64,000 nucleotides of DNA, taken from the NCBI GenBank assembly GCA_963720545.1, contig OY970399.1, positions 3,808,001-3,872,000 on the forward strand, in the 5' to 3' direction. The notes under the pieces were generated by a model. It saw only the letters and a list, made by a program, of their open reading frames with translations. It ran no database searches and had not been told where the DNA came from. Below are positions 21,121-31,292 of the stretch, one piece after another (within the stretch, counting starts at the first letter, position 1; the number at the start of each line of letters is the position of its first letter). The DNA is from an uncultured Acidobacteriota bacterium. Lineage in GTDB: Bacteria; Acidobacteriota; Vicinamibacteria; Fen-336. The position numbers were made by a program, and so were the translations under genes.

Positions 21121-24100
21121 GCGGAACGGGCACGGAAGGATTGACAGCGGCGCAGAAGCGCGCGCTGCTCGAGCGCCTGCTGAAGGACGAAGCGGGCGCC
21201 CAGCCGCTCTCCGCGGGGCAGAAGGCCCTGTGGTTCCTGCACCAGCTGGCGCCGCGCAGCAGCGCGTACAACGTTGCCTGGACCGCCTGGGTGCGTTCGC
21301 CGCTGGACGTCGCCGCGTTGTCGCGCGCGCTGCGCCGGCTCAGCGAGCGCCACGAGATGCTGCGGGCGCGCTTTACGACGCGCAACGGCGAGCCCATGCA
21401 GCGCTTCGCGCGGCCGGACGATCCGGTGATCGGGGAGCACGACGCCAGGGGACTGAACCGCGAACAGCTGGAAAAGCTCCTGGTGGCCGCCAACGACCAG
21501 CCGTTCGACCTCGTCAACGGACCCGTGTTTCGCGCCGACGTCTGGCACCTCGGCGCGGCGGAACACGTCGTCCAGTTGAGCGTGCATCACATCGCATTCG
21601 ACGGCTGGTCGGTCGCCATCGCCGTGCCCGACCTGATGGCGCTCTATGGCGCGGAAGTGTCCGGCGCGGCCGCGGTGCTGCCGCCGGCGCCGGCGAACTT
21701 TGCAAGCTACGCGGCGTGGCAGCGCGAGCTGGTGGACGGCCCTGCCGGGCAGCGGATGTGGGAATACTGGAAAGAGCGGCTCGGCGGGTCGCTGCCGGTC
21801 CTGGCCCTGCCGACCGACCATGCGCGGCCCCCGGAGCCGAGCTATGCGGGCGGCAAGGTTTCGTTCCTGCTCGGCGAGGAGGAGACGCAGCGCCTGCGAC
21901 AGCTGGCGCGCGACCAGGGCGCAACCTTGTTCATGACGGTGCTGGCGGTTTTCGGCGTGCTGCTGCACCGCTACACCGGCCAGGAAGAGGTGCTCATCGG
22001 CTCGCCGACAGCGGGCCGCAGCCGCACCGATTTCGAGGGCATCGTCGGCTATCTCGTGAACCCGGTGGTGCTGCGGTTGTCCACCGCCGGCGTACCGAGC
22101 TTCGCCGCATATCTCGCGCAGGTGCGCGAACGCGTCGTCGAGGCGCTGCGCAACGCCGACCTGCCGTTTCCCCTGCTGGTGCAGAAGCTGAACCCCGAAC
22201 GCGACCCGAGCCGTTCGCCGCTCTTCCAGGTGGACTTCAACATGCTGCGAGCCATCCAGCTGGGACCCGATGGCGGCGGAGCCGCGCAGGGTGGTTCGCT
22301 CGCGCAGCCGACCTTCGGGCGCCTGGTTCTCGAGAGCTTCAGCATCCCGCAGCAGCAGGGCCAGTTCGATCTTGGATTCGAGATCATGGACAACGGCCGT
22401 GAACTCGCCGCCAACCTGAAATACGCCTCCGATTTGTTCGAACCGGCCACGGTCGAACGCATCGCTGGTCACCTGAAACAGCTGGTCACTTCGGTGCTGG
22501 AAGCGCCCGACCGGCAAATCTCGCAGCTGCGGATGTTGACCGCGGCAGAAGAGCAGGCGATCCGCGGGTTCAATTCCACGGCGCGGGTTTATCCGGACGA
22601 GCGCCCGATTCACAGGGGTATCGAGGACCAGGCGCGTGCCGCGCCGGACGCGGTGGCCTTGCGGTTCGAGGGGCAGTCGCTGACCTATTCGCAGCTCGAC
22701 CGACAGGCAAACGGCCTGGCCCTCCGGCTGCGCGCCGCCGGTGTCGGCGCGGGCGTTCTCGTCGGCATCGTCGCCGAGCGATCGTTCGAGATGGTCGTCG
22801 GCCTGCTTGCGATCCTGAAGGCCGGCGGCGCCTATGTGCCGTTCGACCCGACGTATCCGCCCGATCGGCTTGGCTTCATGTTCGAGGACACGCAGGCGCA
22901 AGTGATCCTGGTGCAGCCGAGACTCGAGGGTGCGCTGCCGGCGCACGCCGCGCGAGTTCTCGAGCTCGCTGCCGAGGACGGCGCTGATGAGGCGCCGCCC
23001 GGCGACGAGTCGCTGGACAGCCTCGCCTATGTCATCTTCACCTCCGGCTCGACCGGCCGGCCCAAGGGGGCGATGAATGCGCACCGGGGGATCCTCAACC
23101 GGCTCTCGTGGATGCAGGAGGAGTATCGCCTGCAGCCCGCGGACCGTGTGCTGCAGAAGACTCCCTACAGCTTCGACGTCTCGGTGTGGGAATTTTTCTG
23201 GCCGCTGCGCGAAGGCGCGACGCTCGTCATCGCGCGTCCAGACGGCCACAAGGATCCGGCCTATCTCGCCCAGCTGATCCGCGACGAAGGGGTGACGACG
23301 CTGCACTTCGTGCCCTCGATGCTGCAGGCGTTCGTCGAGGAGGAAACCGCCCGGTCGTGCAGCTCGGTGAAGCGCGTGATCTGCAGCGGCGAGGCGCTGC
23401 CTCACGACCTGCAGGAGCGATTCTTCGACGTCTTGCCCGCGTGCGAACTGCACAATCTCTACGGTCCAACGGAAGCGGCGGTGGACGTGACCTATTGGGC
23501 GTGCCAGCGTAACGATGGCCGCAGCAGCGTCCCGATCGGCCGTCCCGTCGCCAACACCCAGATCCATCTTCTCGACGCGCACGGCCAGCAGGTGCCGGTG
23601 GGGGTGCCGGGAGAACTGTGGATTGGCGGCGTTCAAGTGGGCCTTGGATACTGCAACCGCAACGAACTGACGGAGGAGCGCTTCGTTCCCGACCCGTTCC
23701 GCGATCAGCCAGACGCTCGTATGTACCGCACCGGCGACCTTGCGCGCTATCGGTCGGGCGGCGAAATCGAGTACCTCGGTCGCACCGACCACCAGGTCAA
23801 GATTCGCGGCTTCCGCATCGAGCTTGGTGAGATCGAGGAGCGCCTTCTCGCCCACACCCATGTCGAACAGGCGGTGGTGGTCGCGCGTGACTTTGGTAAC
23901 GCTGACCGCCGGCTGGTCGCATTCGTCACCGGGGGGGCGAACCAGGCCGTCGACGTGACCGCTCTCAAGAGTCACCTGCTCGAGACGCTGCCAACGTACA
24001 TGGTGCCCACAGCGTTCGTGGTCCTCGACTCACTACCGCTCACCGCAAGCGGCAAGGCCGACCGCAAGGCGCTGATGGCCATGGACGTCGCGGGTCCGGC

Positions 24101-27100
24101 GGCTGACGTCCCCGAGGTGCCGCTCACTACCAGGACGGAGGAGATCGTCGCGGGCATCTGGTCGGAAGTCCTGGGCACGCCGGTCACGTCCGCGGCCGCC
24201 GATTTCTTCGCCCTTGGCGGCCACTCGCTGAGCGTTGCGCAGGTCGCGGCGCGTTTGCGCAAGGCCTTGGGCACGACCATTCCCTTCCGCGAAGTGTTCG
24301 CGGCGCGTGACCTGGCAGCGCTCGCGGCGCGCATTGACGCGACGCGCACCGAAAGCAAGGAGCGCGACTCGAGCGCCGGCCCGGCGTCCGATGCCGACAC
24401 GGGCGAGACCCCGCTGTCTTCCGTGCAGCAGCGGCTCTGGTTCCTCAACGAACTCGGCGGCGACACGGCCGAATACGCGATGGTGGGCGCCATCGAGCTT
24501 GCGGGAAGCCTGGACCGGACGGCGCTCGAAGGCGCGCTCGCGCAACTCGTCGTACGCCACGAGTCGCTGCGCACGATCTTCCGCGCACCTGGCGGCGATC
24601 CGGTACAGGTGATTCAGCCTGCCGGCCATTTCGTCCTCGAAATGGAGGACGTGCCGTCGGAGGAGGCCTTGCGTTCGCGGATGAAGAGCGCCGCGACGCG
24701 GATATTCGACCTCCAAAGCGGGCCGCTGTTTCGCTGCGTGCTCTACCGGACGGCGCCAGACCGGCACTACCTGCTGCTGATTCTGCATCACATCATCGCC
24801 GACGGCTGGTCGATCGGCGTCCTGCTGCGCGAATTGGCCACGCTCTACACCGACACGGTCCTCGGCAAGCCGTCGTCGCTGCCGGCCCCGCTGCTCCAGT
24901 ACCGCGACTATGCGCGGTGGCAGCGTGAGCAGGCCGGCGACGGTGACTACGGCGGCGCCCTGGCGCGCTGGGTGGCACGCCTGGACGGCGCGCCGCGCGA
25001 ACTGGAATTGCCGTCGGACCGGCCGCGGCCGCCTGCGGAAAGCCATCGCGGTGCAACGCTGCCGTTCCGCCTGCCGATGGAGCTTGCCGAGGGCCTGCGC
25101 ACCCTGAGCCGCCGGCAGGGCGCGACCCTGTTCATGACCTTGCTGGCGCTCTTCGACACGTTGTTGTGGAAATACACGGGCCAGCAGGATCTCGTCGTCG
25201 GCACGCCGGTCGCGAACCGCCCGCGGGTCGAGCTCGAATCGCTCGTCGGTGTGTTCGTCAACACGCTCCTGCTGCGGACTCGGCTCGAACCGTCGCTGAC
25301 CTTCGCGGAGGCGCTCGGGCGGGTTCGCGACACCACCCTCGACGCGCTGGGCGACGAGCAGGTGCCGTTCGAACGGCTGGTCCAGGCACTGCGCCCGGAG
25401 CGGGACCTGGGGCGCAATCCGCTGTTCCAGGTGATGTTCGTACTGCAGAACATGCCGCAGCGCCCCGTCGACCTCCCGGGCCTGCAGCTGCGCGCGCTCG
25501 ATGTCGATCGCGGCGCCGCGCAGCTCGACCTGACGCTCTACATGGTGGAGACCGCCGAGGGCTTGTCCGGTTTCGTGGAATACGCGACCGACCTCTTCGA
25601 CGCCGACCGCATCGCGCGGATGACCGGGCATTTCGAGCAGCTCGCCCGCGCGGTGGTCGCATGGCCGGCCGCACGCCTTGGCGAACTGGACATGCTGACC
25701 GAAACCGAACACGGGAACGTAGCGTCGTGGAATCGGACGGCGCGCCCGGAGCCGACGGCTTGCGTGCACGATCTCGTTGCCGCGACCGCGGCGCGACAGC
25801 CAGATGCGACCGGGCTCGTTTTCGGCGATGCGTCGCTCACGTACTCCGAGCTCGAGACGCGTGCGGCGGCAATCGCCGGCCGCCTCGCAGCGCTCGGGGT
25901 GCGGCCCGGAAGACTGGTCGGCGTCCTGCTGGAACGCGGCCCGGACATGGTCGCGGGGGTCCTCGGTGTGTTGAAAGCGGGCGCCGGCTACGTACCCATG
26001 GATCCCGCGTTCCCATCGGATCGCCTCGCCTACATGCTGGAGGATTCCGGGGCGAGCGTACTGCTGACGCAGGAGTCGCTAGCCGGCAGCATCGCAACGG
26101 ACGCGAGGGTTCTCGTGCTCGAGCGGTTCGCGGACGGCGACCCGGTGGCTGTGCCTGTGGCGGCGACACTCGACGATCTCGCCTACGTCATCTATACGTC
26201 GGGCTCGACGGGCAAGCCGAAGGGCGTCGCCATCGGCCACCGTTCGCTGGTGAATCTCCTGGCGTCGATGCAGGAAGAGCCCGGCTTCACTGCAGCCGAC
26301 AGCCTGTTCGCGGTGACGACGCTTTCCTTCGACATCGCCGGGCTGGAGCTGTACCTGCCGCTGATCGCGGGCGGACGCATCGTGCTTGCGAGCCGCGACG
26401 ACGTTGCCGACGGCAACGCCCTCGTCGAACGCCTGGAAGCGTCGCGAGCCACGGTCATGCAGGCGACGCCCGCCACCTGGCGGCTGATGCTGGAAGCCGA
26501 CTGGAAGGGAAGTCCAGGGCTGAAAGTCCTGTGCGGCGGTGAAGCGTTGCCGCGCGACCTCGCGGATGCGCTGGCGCCGCGCGTCAAGGAACTGTGGAAC
26601 GTCTACGGCCCGACCGAGACCACCATCTGGTCGTCGTGCGAGCGCGTGAGGGTTGCACCGGGACCCATCGCCATCGGCCGGCCCATCGCCAACACCAGCC
26701 TGCTGATCCTCGATCGCTCAGGCGGACTCGCACCCGTCGGCGTCCCTGGAGAACTGCACATCGCCGGCATGGGCCTCGCGCACGGCTATTGGCGGCGCGA
26801 TGACCTCACCGCCGAGCGCTTCATTCCCGACCAGGTGAGCGGACAGCCGGGAAAGCTCTACAAGACGGGCGACCAGGCGCGCTGGCTGCCGGACGGCCGC
26901 GTCGAGTGCCTGGGCCGTCTCGATCATCAGGTGAAGGTGCGCGGCTACCGCATCGAGCTGGAAGAGATCGAGATCGCGCTGCGCGCTCATCCGGATGTCG
27001 ACCAGTCGGTCGTGGTTGCGCAGAAAGGCGACGGCGGCGACGACCGCCTGATCGCCTACCTCACCGAGGTTTCCGGACGGCCGGCGAACGTCACCGAGTT

Positions 27101-27575
27101 GCGTGCGCACTTGCGGAAGACGCTGCCGGCCTACATGGTGCCGTCGGCATTCGTCACGCTCGACCGCCTGCCGCTGACTGCCAACGGCAAGATCGACCGC
27201 AAGGCACTGATTGGAATCGAGTCCGCCCGTGCGGTTCGCGGCGAGCCGCTGCCGCCGCGGACGCCGGCCGAGCTGTTGGTGGCGCAGGTGTGGCGAGACG
27301 CCCTCAAGGTGCCGTTGGTCGGGCTGCAGGACAATTTCTTCGACCTCGGCGGCCATTCGCTGCTGGCGATGCGGGTGCTTGCCGAGATCGAAAAACTCAC
27401 CGGCACCAGGCTGCACCCGCGCGACATCATCTTCCAGAACCTTGAACAGCTGGCAAAAGCCTGCGCTGCCCGGGTGAGCGAGCCGCCGCTGGGCGAGCCT
27501 GCGGCGGACACCGACGGCAAGCTGCGCGGCTTGCTGCGCCGCTTGCGGCCCGGTGCCGCGGGCGGCAAGCGATGA
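21117..27575 (+). CDS. NRPS C-A(Ser)-T-C-A(Gly)-T, no terminal TE or reductase domain
   Basis: C motifs HHIAFDG and HHIIADG; A cores TSGSTG and YGPTE. A1 FDVSVWEF/LHFVPS/AAVDVT matches the Ser code; A2 FDIAGLEL/MQATP/TTIWS matches the Gly code. Two GGHSL T domains. Confidence 0.95.
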   Translation: MSGTGTEGLTAAQKRALLERLLKDEAGAQPLSAGQKALWFLHQLAPRSSAYNVAWTAWVRSPLDVAALSRALRRLSERHEMLRARFTTRNGEPMQRFARPDDPVIGEHDARGLNREQLEKLLVAANDQPFDLVNGPVFRADVWHLGAAEHVVQLSVHHIAFDGWSVAIAVPDLMALYGAEVSGAAAVLPPAPANFASYAAWQRELVDGPAGQRMWEYWKERLGGSLPVLALPTDHARPPEPSYAGGKVSFLLGEEETQRLRQLARDQGATLFMTVLAVFGVLLHRYTGQEEVLIGSPTAGRSRTDFEGIVGYLVNPVVLRLSTAGVPSFAAYLAQVRERVVEALRNADLPFPLLVQKLNPERDPSRSPLFQVDFNMLRAIQLGPDGGGAAQGGSLAQPTFGRLVLESFSIPQQQGQFDLGFEIMDNGRELAANLKYASDLFEPATVERIAGHLKQLVTSVLEAPDRQISQLRMLTAAEEQAIRGFNSTARVYPDERPIHRGIEDQARAAPDAVALRFEGQSLTYSQLDRQANGLALRLRAAGVGAGVLVGIVAERSFEMVVGLLAILKAGGAYVPFDPTYPPDRLGFMFEDTQAQVILVQPRLEGALPAHAARVLELAAEDGADEAPPGDESLDSLAYVIFTSGSTGRPKGAMNAHRGILNRLSWMQEEYRLQPADRVLQKTPYSFDVSVWEFFWPLREGATLVIARPDGHKDPAYLAQLIRDEGVTTLHFVPSMLQAFVEEETARSCSSVKRVICSGEALPHDLQERFFDVLPACELHNLYGPTEAAVDVTYWACQRNDGRSSVPIGRPVANTQIHLLDAHGQQVPVGVPGELWIGGVQVGLGYCNRNELTEERFVPDPFRDQPDARMYRTGDLARYRSGGEIEYLGRTDHQVKIRGFRIELGEIEERLLAHTHVEQAVVVARDFGNADRRLVAFVTGGANQAVDVTALKSHLLETLPTYMVPTAFVVLDSLPLTASGKADRKALMAMDVAGPAADVPEVPLTTRTEEIVAGIWSEVLGTPVTSAAADFFALGGHSLSVAQVAARLRKALGTTIPFREVFAARDLAALAARIDATRTESKERDSSAGPASDADTGETPLSSVQQRLWFLNELGGDTAEYAMVGAIELAGSLDRTALEGALAQLVVRHESLRTIFRAPGGDPVQVIQPAGHFVLEMEDVPSEEALRSRMKSAATRIFDLQSGPLFRCVLYRTAPDRHYLLLILHHIIADGWSIGVLLRELATLYTDTVLGKPSSLPAPLLQYRDYARWQREQAGDGDYGGALARWVARLDGAPRELELPSDRPRPPAESHRGATLPFRLPMELAEGLRTLSRRQGATLFMTLLALFDTLLWKYTGQQDLVVGTPVANRPRVELESLVGVFVNTLLLRTRLEPSLTFAEALGRVRDTTLDALGDEQVPFERLVQALRPERDLGRNPLFQVMFVLQNMPQRPVDLPGLQLRALDVDRGAAQLDLTLYMVETAEGLSGFVEYATDLFDADRIARMTGHFEQLARAVVAWPAARLGELDMLTETEHGNVASWNRTARPEPTACVHDLVAATAARQPDATGLVFGDASLTYSELETRAAAIAGRLAALGVRPGRLVGVLLERGPDMVAGVLGVLKAGAGYVPMDPAFPSDRLAYMLEDSGASVLLTQESLAGSIATDARVLVLERFADGDPVAVPVAATLDDLAYVIYTSGSTGKPKGVAIGHRSLVNLLASMQEEPGFTAADSLFAVTTLSFDIAGLELYLPLIAGGRIVLASRDDVADGNALVERLEASRATVMQATPATWRLMLEADWKGSPGLKVLCGGEALPRDLADALAPRVKELWNVYGPTETTIWSSCERVRVAPGPIAIGRPIANTSLLILDRSGGLAPVGVPGELHIAGMGLAHGYWRRDDLTAERFIPDQVSGQPGKLYKTGDQARWLPDGRVECLGRLDHQVKVRGYRIELEEIEIALRAHPDVDQSVVVAQKGDGGDDRLIAYLTEVSGRPANVTELRAHLRKTLPAYMVPSAFVTLDRLPLTANGKIDRKALIGIESARAVRGEPLPPRTPAELLVAQVWRDALKVPLVGLQDNFFDLGGHSLLAMRVLAEIEKLTGTRLHPRDIIFQNLEQLAKACAARVSEPPLGEPAADTDGKLRGLLRRLRPGAAGGKR

Positions 27576-28429
27576 ACGCACGGCATGCCGCGTTCGCGGC
27601 GCTAGGCGCCGGCCTTTGTTTTGGCGCGGTGGAATGGGCCGCCGAGCATTTTCAACGGGACTACAGCGCCTGGCAGGTGATATGGACTCGCTACGGAGTG
27701 CACCTCGCCCTCATCGGTGCCGCGGCAGCCGCGCGCGGCGTGAATCCGCTGCGCACCGGCCGGCCGGGCCTGCAGGTGTTGCGCAGCATGCTGATGGTCG
27801 CGATGCCGGGCTGCTTCCTGATCGGCGCGCATTACGCACCCGCGCCCGGGGTGTGGTCGCTCTTCTGGATCACCCTGCTGTTGTCGGCCTGGCCCGAATC
27901 GCAATGGCGCGGCGCCGATGTATGGCGGCGAGGGGCGCTGCACCTGGGAGCGCTTGCCGGCATGTGGCTGGTGGTACAGCCGCTGCACGCGCTCCGCTGG
28001 CCGACACTGGCGCCGGGCCTGGCGATGGGCGCGTCCTTTGCCGGTTACCTGGCGCTCACGCACGTGCTGCGCGCTGAGACTGCCTTCTCCCGGCTCTTCT
28101 ATACGGCGCTTGGCGTGTTCGTGGTGCTGACGCCGTTCGTGGCGCCCCGCTACCTGCTGCCGTCCGGCCACGACTGGCTGGTGTTCCTCTTCATTGCCGT
28201 GTTCGGGCTGGCGTGCCTGTACTTGCTCGATCTTGCCCTCGACGCGGTGCCTGCTGCCCTAGTGAGTCCCTACCTGCTCATCACGCCGGCCGCGGCCGCG
28301 GTCCTGGAGATCCGCGACGGCGGCAGGCCCGGCGCCGCCTCGCTATTCGGGGTGGTGCTGCTGGCAGTCTGCCTCTGGCGGGCGGTGCCGCGCGCCGCGC
28401 CTGCCGTGGCGCAGCGCAGGGAAGCCTGA
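27572..28429 (+). CDS. EamA/DMT-family membrane transporter
   Basis: About 10 hydrophobic segments, QVIWTRY and LQVLRS motifs; translationally coupled to the NRPS. Confidence 0.75.
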   Translation: MNARHAAFAALGAGLCFGAVEWAAEHFQRDYSAWQVIWTRYGVHLALIGAAAAARGVNPLRTGRPGLQVLRSMLMVAMPGCFLIGAHYAPAPGVWSLFWITLLLSAWPESQWRGADVWRRGALHLGALAGMWLVVQPLHALRWPTLAPGLAMGASFAGYLALTHVLRAETAFSRLFYTALGVFVVLTPFVAPRYLLPSGHDWLVFLFIAVFGLACLYLLDLALDAVPAALVSPYLLITPAAAAVLEIRDGGRPGAASLFGVVLLAVCLWRAVPRAAPAVAQRREA

Positions 28430-28441
28430 GCCGGGGCTCGC

Positions 28442-29347
28442 CTAGCCTCGCGTCGCGTGCGGTATCGACCGCGACTTGATGTCGATCACGGCGGCGCTCC
28501 TGGGCACTGTCGCGCGCGTCGATGCCAGGACCGAGTCGACTACCCAGTCGCGCACCAGCGACACGAAGCGGCGCTGGTTGTTGAGCAGCGTGAAAGTGTG
28601 GTCGGTGTCGTGCAGGTGCACGGCCTGGATGTGCTTGCCGTTGGGCCAGAACGGCACCTTGCCACGCAAGCCGTGGTTGAAGTGGTGCCAGGATGAGCTA
28701 CCGCCGCTGAAGCCGAGCAGCACCGGGCTGCGCCGTTCGACCAGCGTGCGCAGCGCGGCCACGAACGCGCGGTAACTCGGAAAGATGGACGTCTCGGCCG
28801 ATTGCTGGGTCATGGCAGTGGCCTTCACGGCCGTCAGGACGAGGCTGCGACCGGAAAGCAGCCGCACCCAGCTGCGCAGCTTGAAAACCTGGCGGCGCGC
28901 GTTGAGCAGCATGGACCAGGGCGTCGGTATGTTGTAGCCGTCGACCGTGGCGACGCCGACGATGCGCGCGTCGCGGCTGGCGGTGCGAATGGCCATGTCC
29001 GCGCCGGAGCAGATGCCGAAGGTCACGAAGCGATCGATGCCGCGCGAGGACAGGTGGTCGAGGGCTTCGCCGGCGTCCGCCAGCGCCTGCTCGACGAACG
29101 ACAGCATCGCACCTTCGGCGCGCGGGCTGTCGCCGATGCCGGAAAAGTCGAAGCGCAGCACGGTGACGCCGAGCGCCGCCAGCTCGCGAGCCAGCGCGAC
29201 GTGGATGCGTGCCGGCCCGGTGCGGTGCAGGACGCCAGCGTTGAACAGGACGACGCCCAGGTTCTCGCGGTGCGCGCCGGCCGGCGGCTCGGTGAGGATG
29301 CCCACCAGCGACTTGCGCGGTCCGAAAACGAAGGCGCTCTCGTTCAT
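28442..29347 (-). CDS. Alpha/beta-hydrolase with Cys at the nucleophile elbow (resembles 'exosortase-system hydrolase 1')
   Basis: LRFDFSGIGDS, GICSGA elbow, C-terminal DHTF. Confidence 0.85.
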   Translation of the reverse strand: MNESAFVFGPRKSLVGILTEPPAGAHRENLGVVLFNAGVLHRTGPARIHVALARELAALGVTVLRFDFSGIGDSPRAEGAMLSFVEQALADAGEALDHLSSRGIDRFVTFGICSGADMAIRTASRDARIVGVATVDGYNIPTPWSMLLNARRQVFKLRSWVRLLSGRSLVLTAVKATAMTQQSAETSIFPSYRAFVAALRTLVERRSPVLLGFSGGSSSWHHFNHGLRGKVPFWPNGKHIQAVHLHDTDHTFTLLNNQRRFVSLVRDWVVDSVLASTRATVPRSAAVIDIKSRSIPHATRG

Positions 29348-30138
29348 GCTGCGCGCTCCCGCAGCCGGGTGACGAACAGTTCGAGGATCTCGAGAGGCAC
29401 CAGGGTGCGGTCCATGTCGTCACGCTTCAGCCAAACCGGCAGTGCCGCGGCTCCCGCCAGCTCCACCGGGACTCGCAGGGTTTCGAAACGCGCCTGCAGG
29501 GCGGCGGCGTGCGCCGGCTGGTGGCTGCCGAGCAACAGCACGCGCTGCGCGGCGCACGCCGGCAGCGTCGTGAGGTCGAGCGCCTCCAGCTGAGCGCGCA
29601 GCTCGGCAGGCAGCGGCGCGCCAAGGACCTCGCTCGGCGGATTGTCGGGCACGTACCCGCGCGGCCGCGGCCGCGCCTTCACAAGCGCTTCGTGCCGCGC
29701 CGCGAGCTCCGCGACGAACTCGCGGCCGTTCACGATCGGGTCCCAGAGCAGCAGCTTGTCGGCGTTCAGCCCGCGGCTTGTGGCAATGGCCGCGATGCTG
29801 GCGCCGAGGCGCAGGCCGAGGATCGACGGGCGCGCGATGCCGCTGGCCTCGCGCAGTTCCTCGTAAGCCAGCTTCACGTCTTCGAGCCACAGGTCGATGC
29901 GTCCGTCCGCGGCATCGCCCGAGGAATCGCCGCAGCCATAGAAGTCGAAGCGCAGCGCGTGCACTCCCGCCTCGCTGAGGCGGTGGCTCAACTCGCGAAA
30001 TGCGCGGTGCGAGCGCATGTATTCGGCGCCGAACGGGTAGCAAAGGAGCACGGCACCGCGGGCGCCGCGCCCGCTTGCCGCAGGCTCGTAAGCGCCAAAG
30101 AGCGGCCTTTGGTTGGTGCCGAAATAGAAGGGTCGCAT
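29344..30138 (-). CDS. Alpha/beta-hydrolase-fold protein with GLRLG elbow (resembles 'exosortase-system hydrolase 2')
   Basis: LCYPFGAEY, LRFDFYGCGDS, GLRLGA, LLWDP; overlaps the start of the partner gene. Confidence 0.85.
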   Translation of the reverse strand: MRPFYFGTNQRPLFGAYEPAASGRGARGAVLLCYPFGAEYMRSHRAFRELSHRLSEAGVHALRFDFYGCGDSSGDAADGRIDLWLEDVKLAYEELREASGIARPSILGLRLGASIAAIATSRGLNADKLLLWDPIVNGREFVAELAARHEALVKARPRPRGYVPDNPPSEVLGAPLPAELRAQLEALDLTTLPACAAQRVLLLGSHQPAHAAALQARFETLRVPVELAGAAALPVWLKRDDMDRTLVPLEILELFVTRLRERAA

Positions 30139-30416
30139 GCCTGAAGTGTGCGGTTCCGCTCTTGTTACGCGTCGCGCCGACGGGGAGGAATGAGTGCGCG
30201 GAGATTAACAGTCGGGTCGGAACCGGTCAATGGATCGGACTCGCTCTCTCGCCGTAGTCGCGCGCTGAAACCGCTGCCTGTTGCCTCTTCGCGAAAGGCT
30301 GATTCTCGCGAGATTAGGGCACTTCGTGCGCCTGCCCGGTGAGTCAGCCCACAGCGGAACCGGGCTGTGTTCCGATTTCTCAGCTTTCCCTCCAAAAATG
30401 ACGAGTCACGCGTGGC

Positions 30417-31292
30417 TTACCGCGGCTTCTCGGGCGAGTGCAGAAGCTGCAGGCCCAGCGTCGCCGCTCCCTGCGCCGCGGGGATCGTCACTCCGGCCGC
30501 GGCCAGTTGCCGCCACAACTCGAAGTTGAGTTCACTCTTGAGGGTGCCCGCGGTCTGCAGGTGTTCGGTGCTCCAGACCTGCAGCTGGAAGCGCAGCGCG
30601 GCGAGGCCCACTTCCATGAACTCGACCGCAGGCGGCGGGTCGGTGCGCACGTCGGTGCGGCTCGCTGCGGCAGCGAGCAGCACCTTGCGGACCAGCTCCG
30701 GATCGGAGGCGTGCGCCACGTGGACAGTGACGGTGTACGCCGTGAGCCGGTCGGGCCGGTTCCAGTTCATGACCCGCTCCGACACGAATTGCGAGTTGGG
30801 AACGATGATCGCGACGCGGTCGTCGGTGAGGATGGTGGTGGCGCGCGCGCCGATGCTGCGCACTTCGCCGATGGCGCCCGCGATTTCCACGCGGTCGCCG
30901 ATCTTGATGGGCCGTTCGAACAGCAGGATCAGGCCGCTGAAGAAGTTGCTGGTGATGTTCTGCAGGCCGAAGCCGAGGCCCACGCCAATCGCTCCAACCA
31001 GCACGTTCAGGGAAGTGAGGTCGATGCCGGCGCTTTGCAGGATGACGATGGTGCCGAGAGTGATGACGACGTAGCGCACGATCGCGCCGAGCGCCTCGCG
31101 CATGCCAACGTCGAACCCGCGGTGCGCCAGGACATGCTCGACGAGAAAGCGCGTCGCCCGCCGCGTTACCCACACGAGCGCGGCCGTGAAGGTGATGACG
31201 GTCAGCACCTTCCACGGCGTGAACTGGCTGCCGGCGATCCCTGCGTTCAGGAATTGGCCAATGCGCGCCCAGACGTCGTCAACCCGTCCCAT
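30417..31292 (-). CDS. Small-conductance mechanosensitive channel (MscS family)
   Basis: GAIGVGLGFGLQNITSNFFSGLILLFERPIKIGD and IIVPNSQF...NW. Confidence 0.93.
   Translation of the reverse strand: MGRVDDVWARIGQFLNAGIAGSQFTPWKVLTVITFTAALVWVTRRATRFLVEHVLAHRGFDVGMREALGAIVRYVVITLGTIVILQSAGIDLTSLNVLVGAIGVGLGFGLQNITSNFFSGLILLFERPIKIGDRVEIAGAIGEVRSIGARATTILTDDRVAIIVPNSQFVSERVMNWNRPDRLTAYTVTVHVAHASDPELVRKVLLAAAASRTDVRTDPPPAVEFMEVGLAALRFQLQVWSTEHLQTAGTLKSELNFELWRQLAAAGVTIPAAQGAATLGLQLLHSPEKPR

Noticed and set aside
985..25769. Very long antisense and alternative-frame ORFs over the PKS/NRPS (e.g. 8625-11837, 16159-20196, 20379-23975)
   Set aside because: Expected shadow ORFs in high-GC coding DNA; no domain motifs.
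30139..30416. Structured ncRNA or riboswitch upstream of the hydrolase pair
   Set aside because: Only short weak hairpins and no recognisable family motif.
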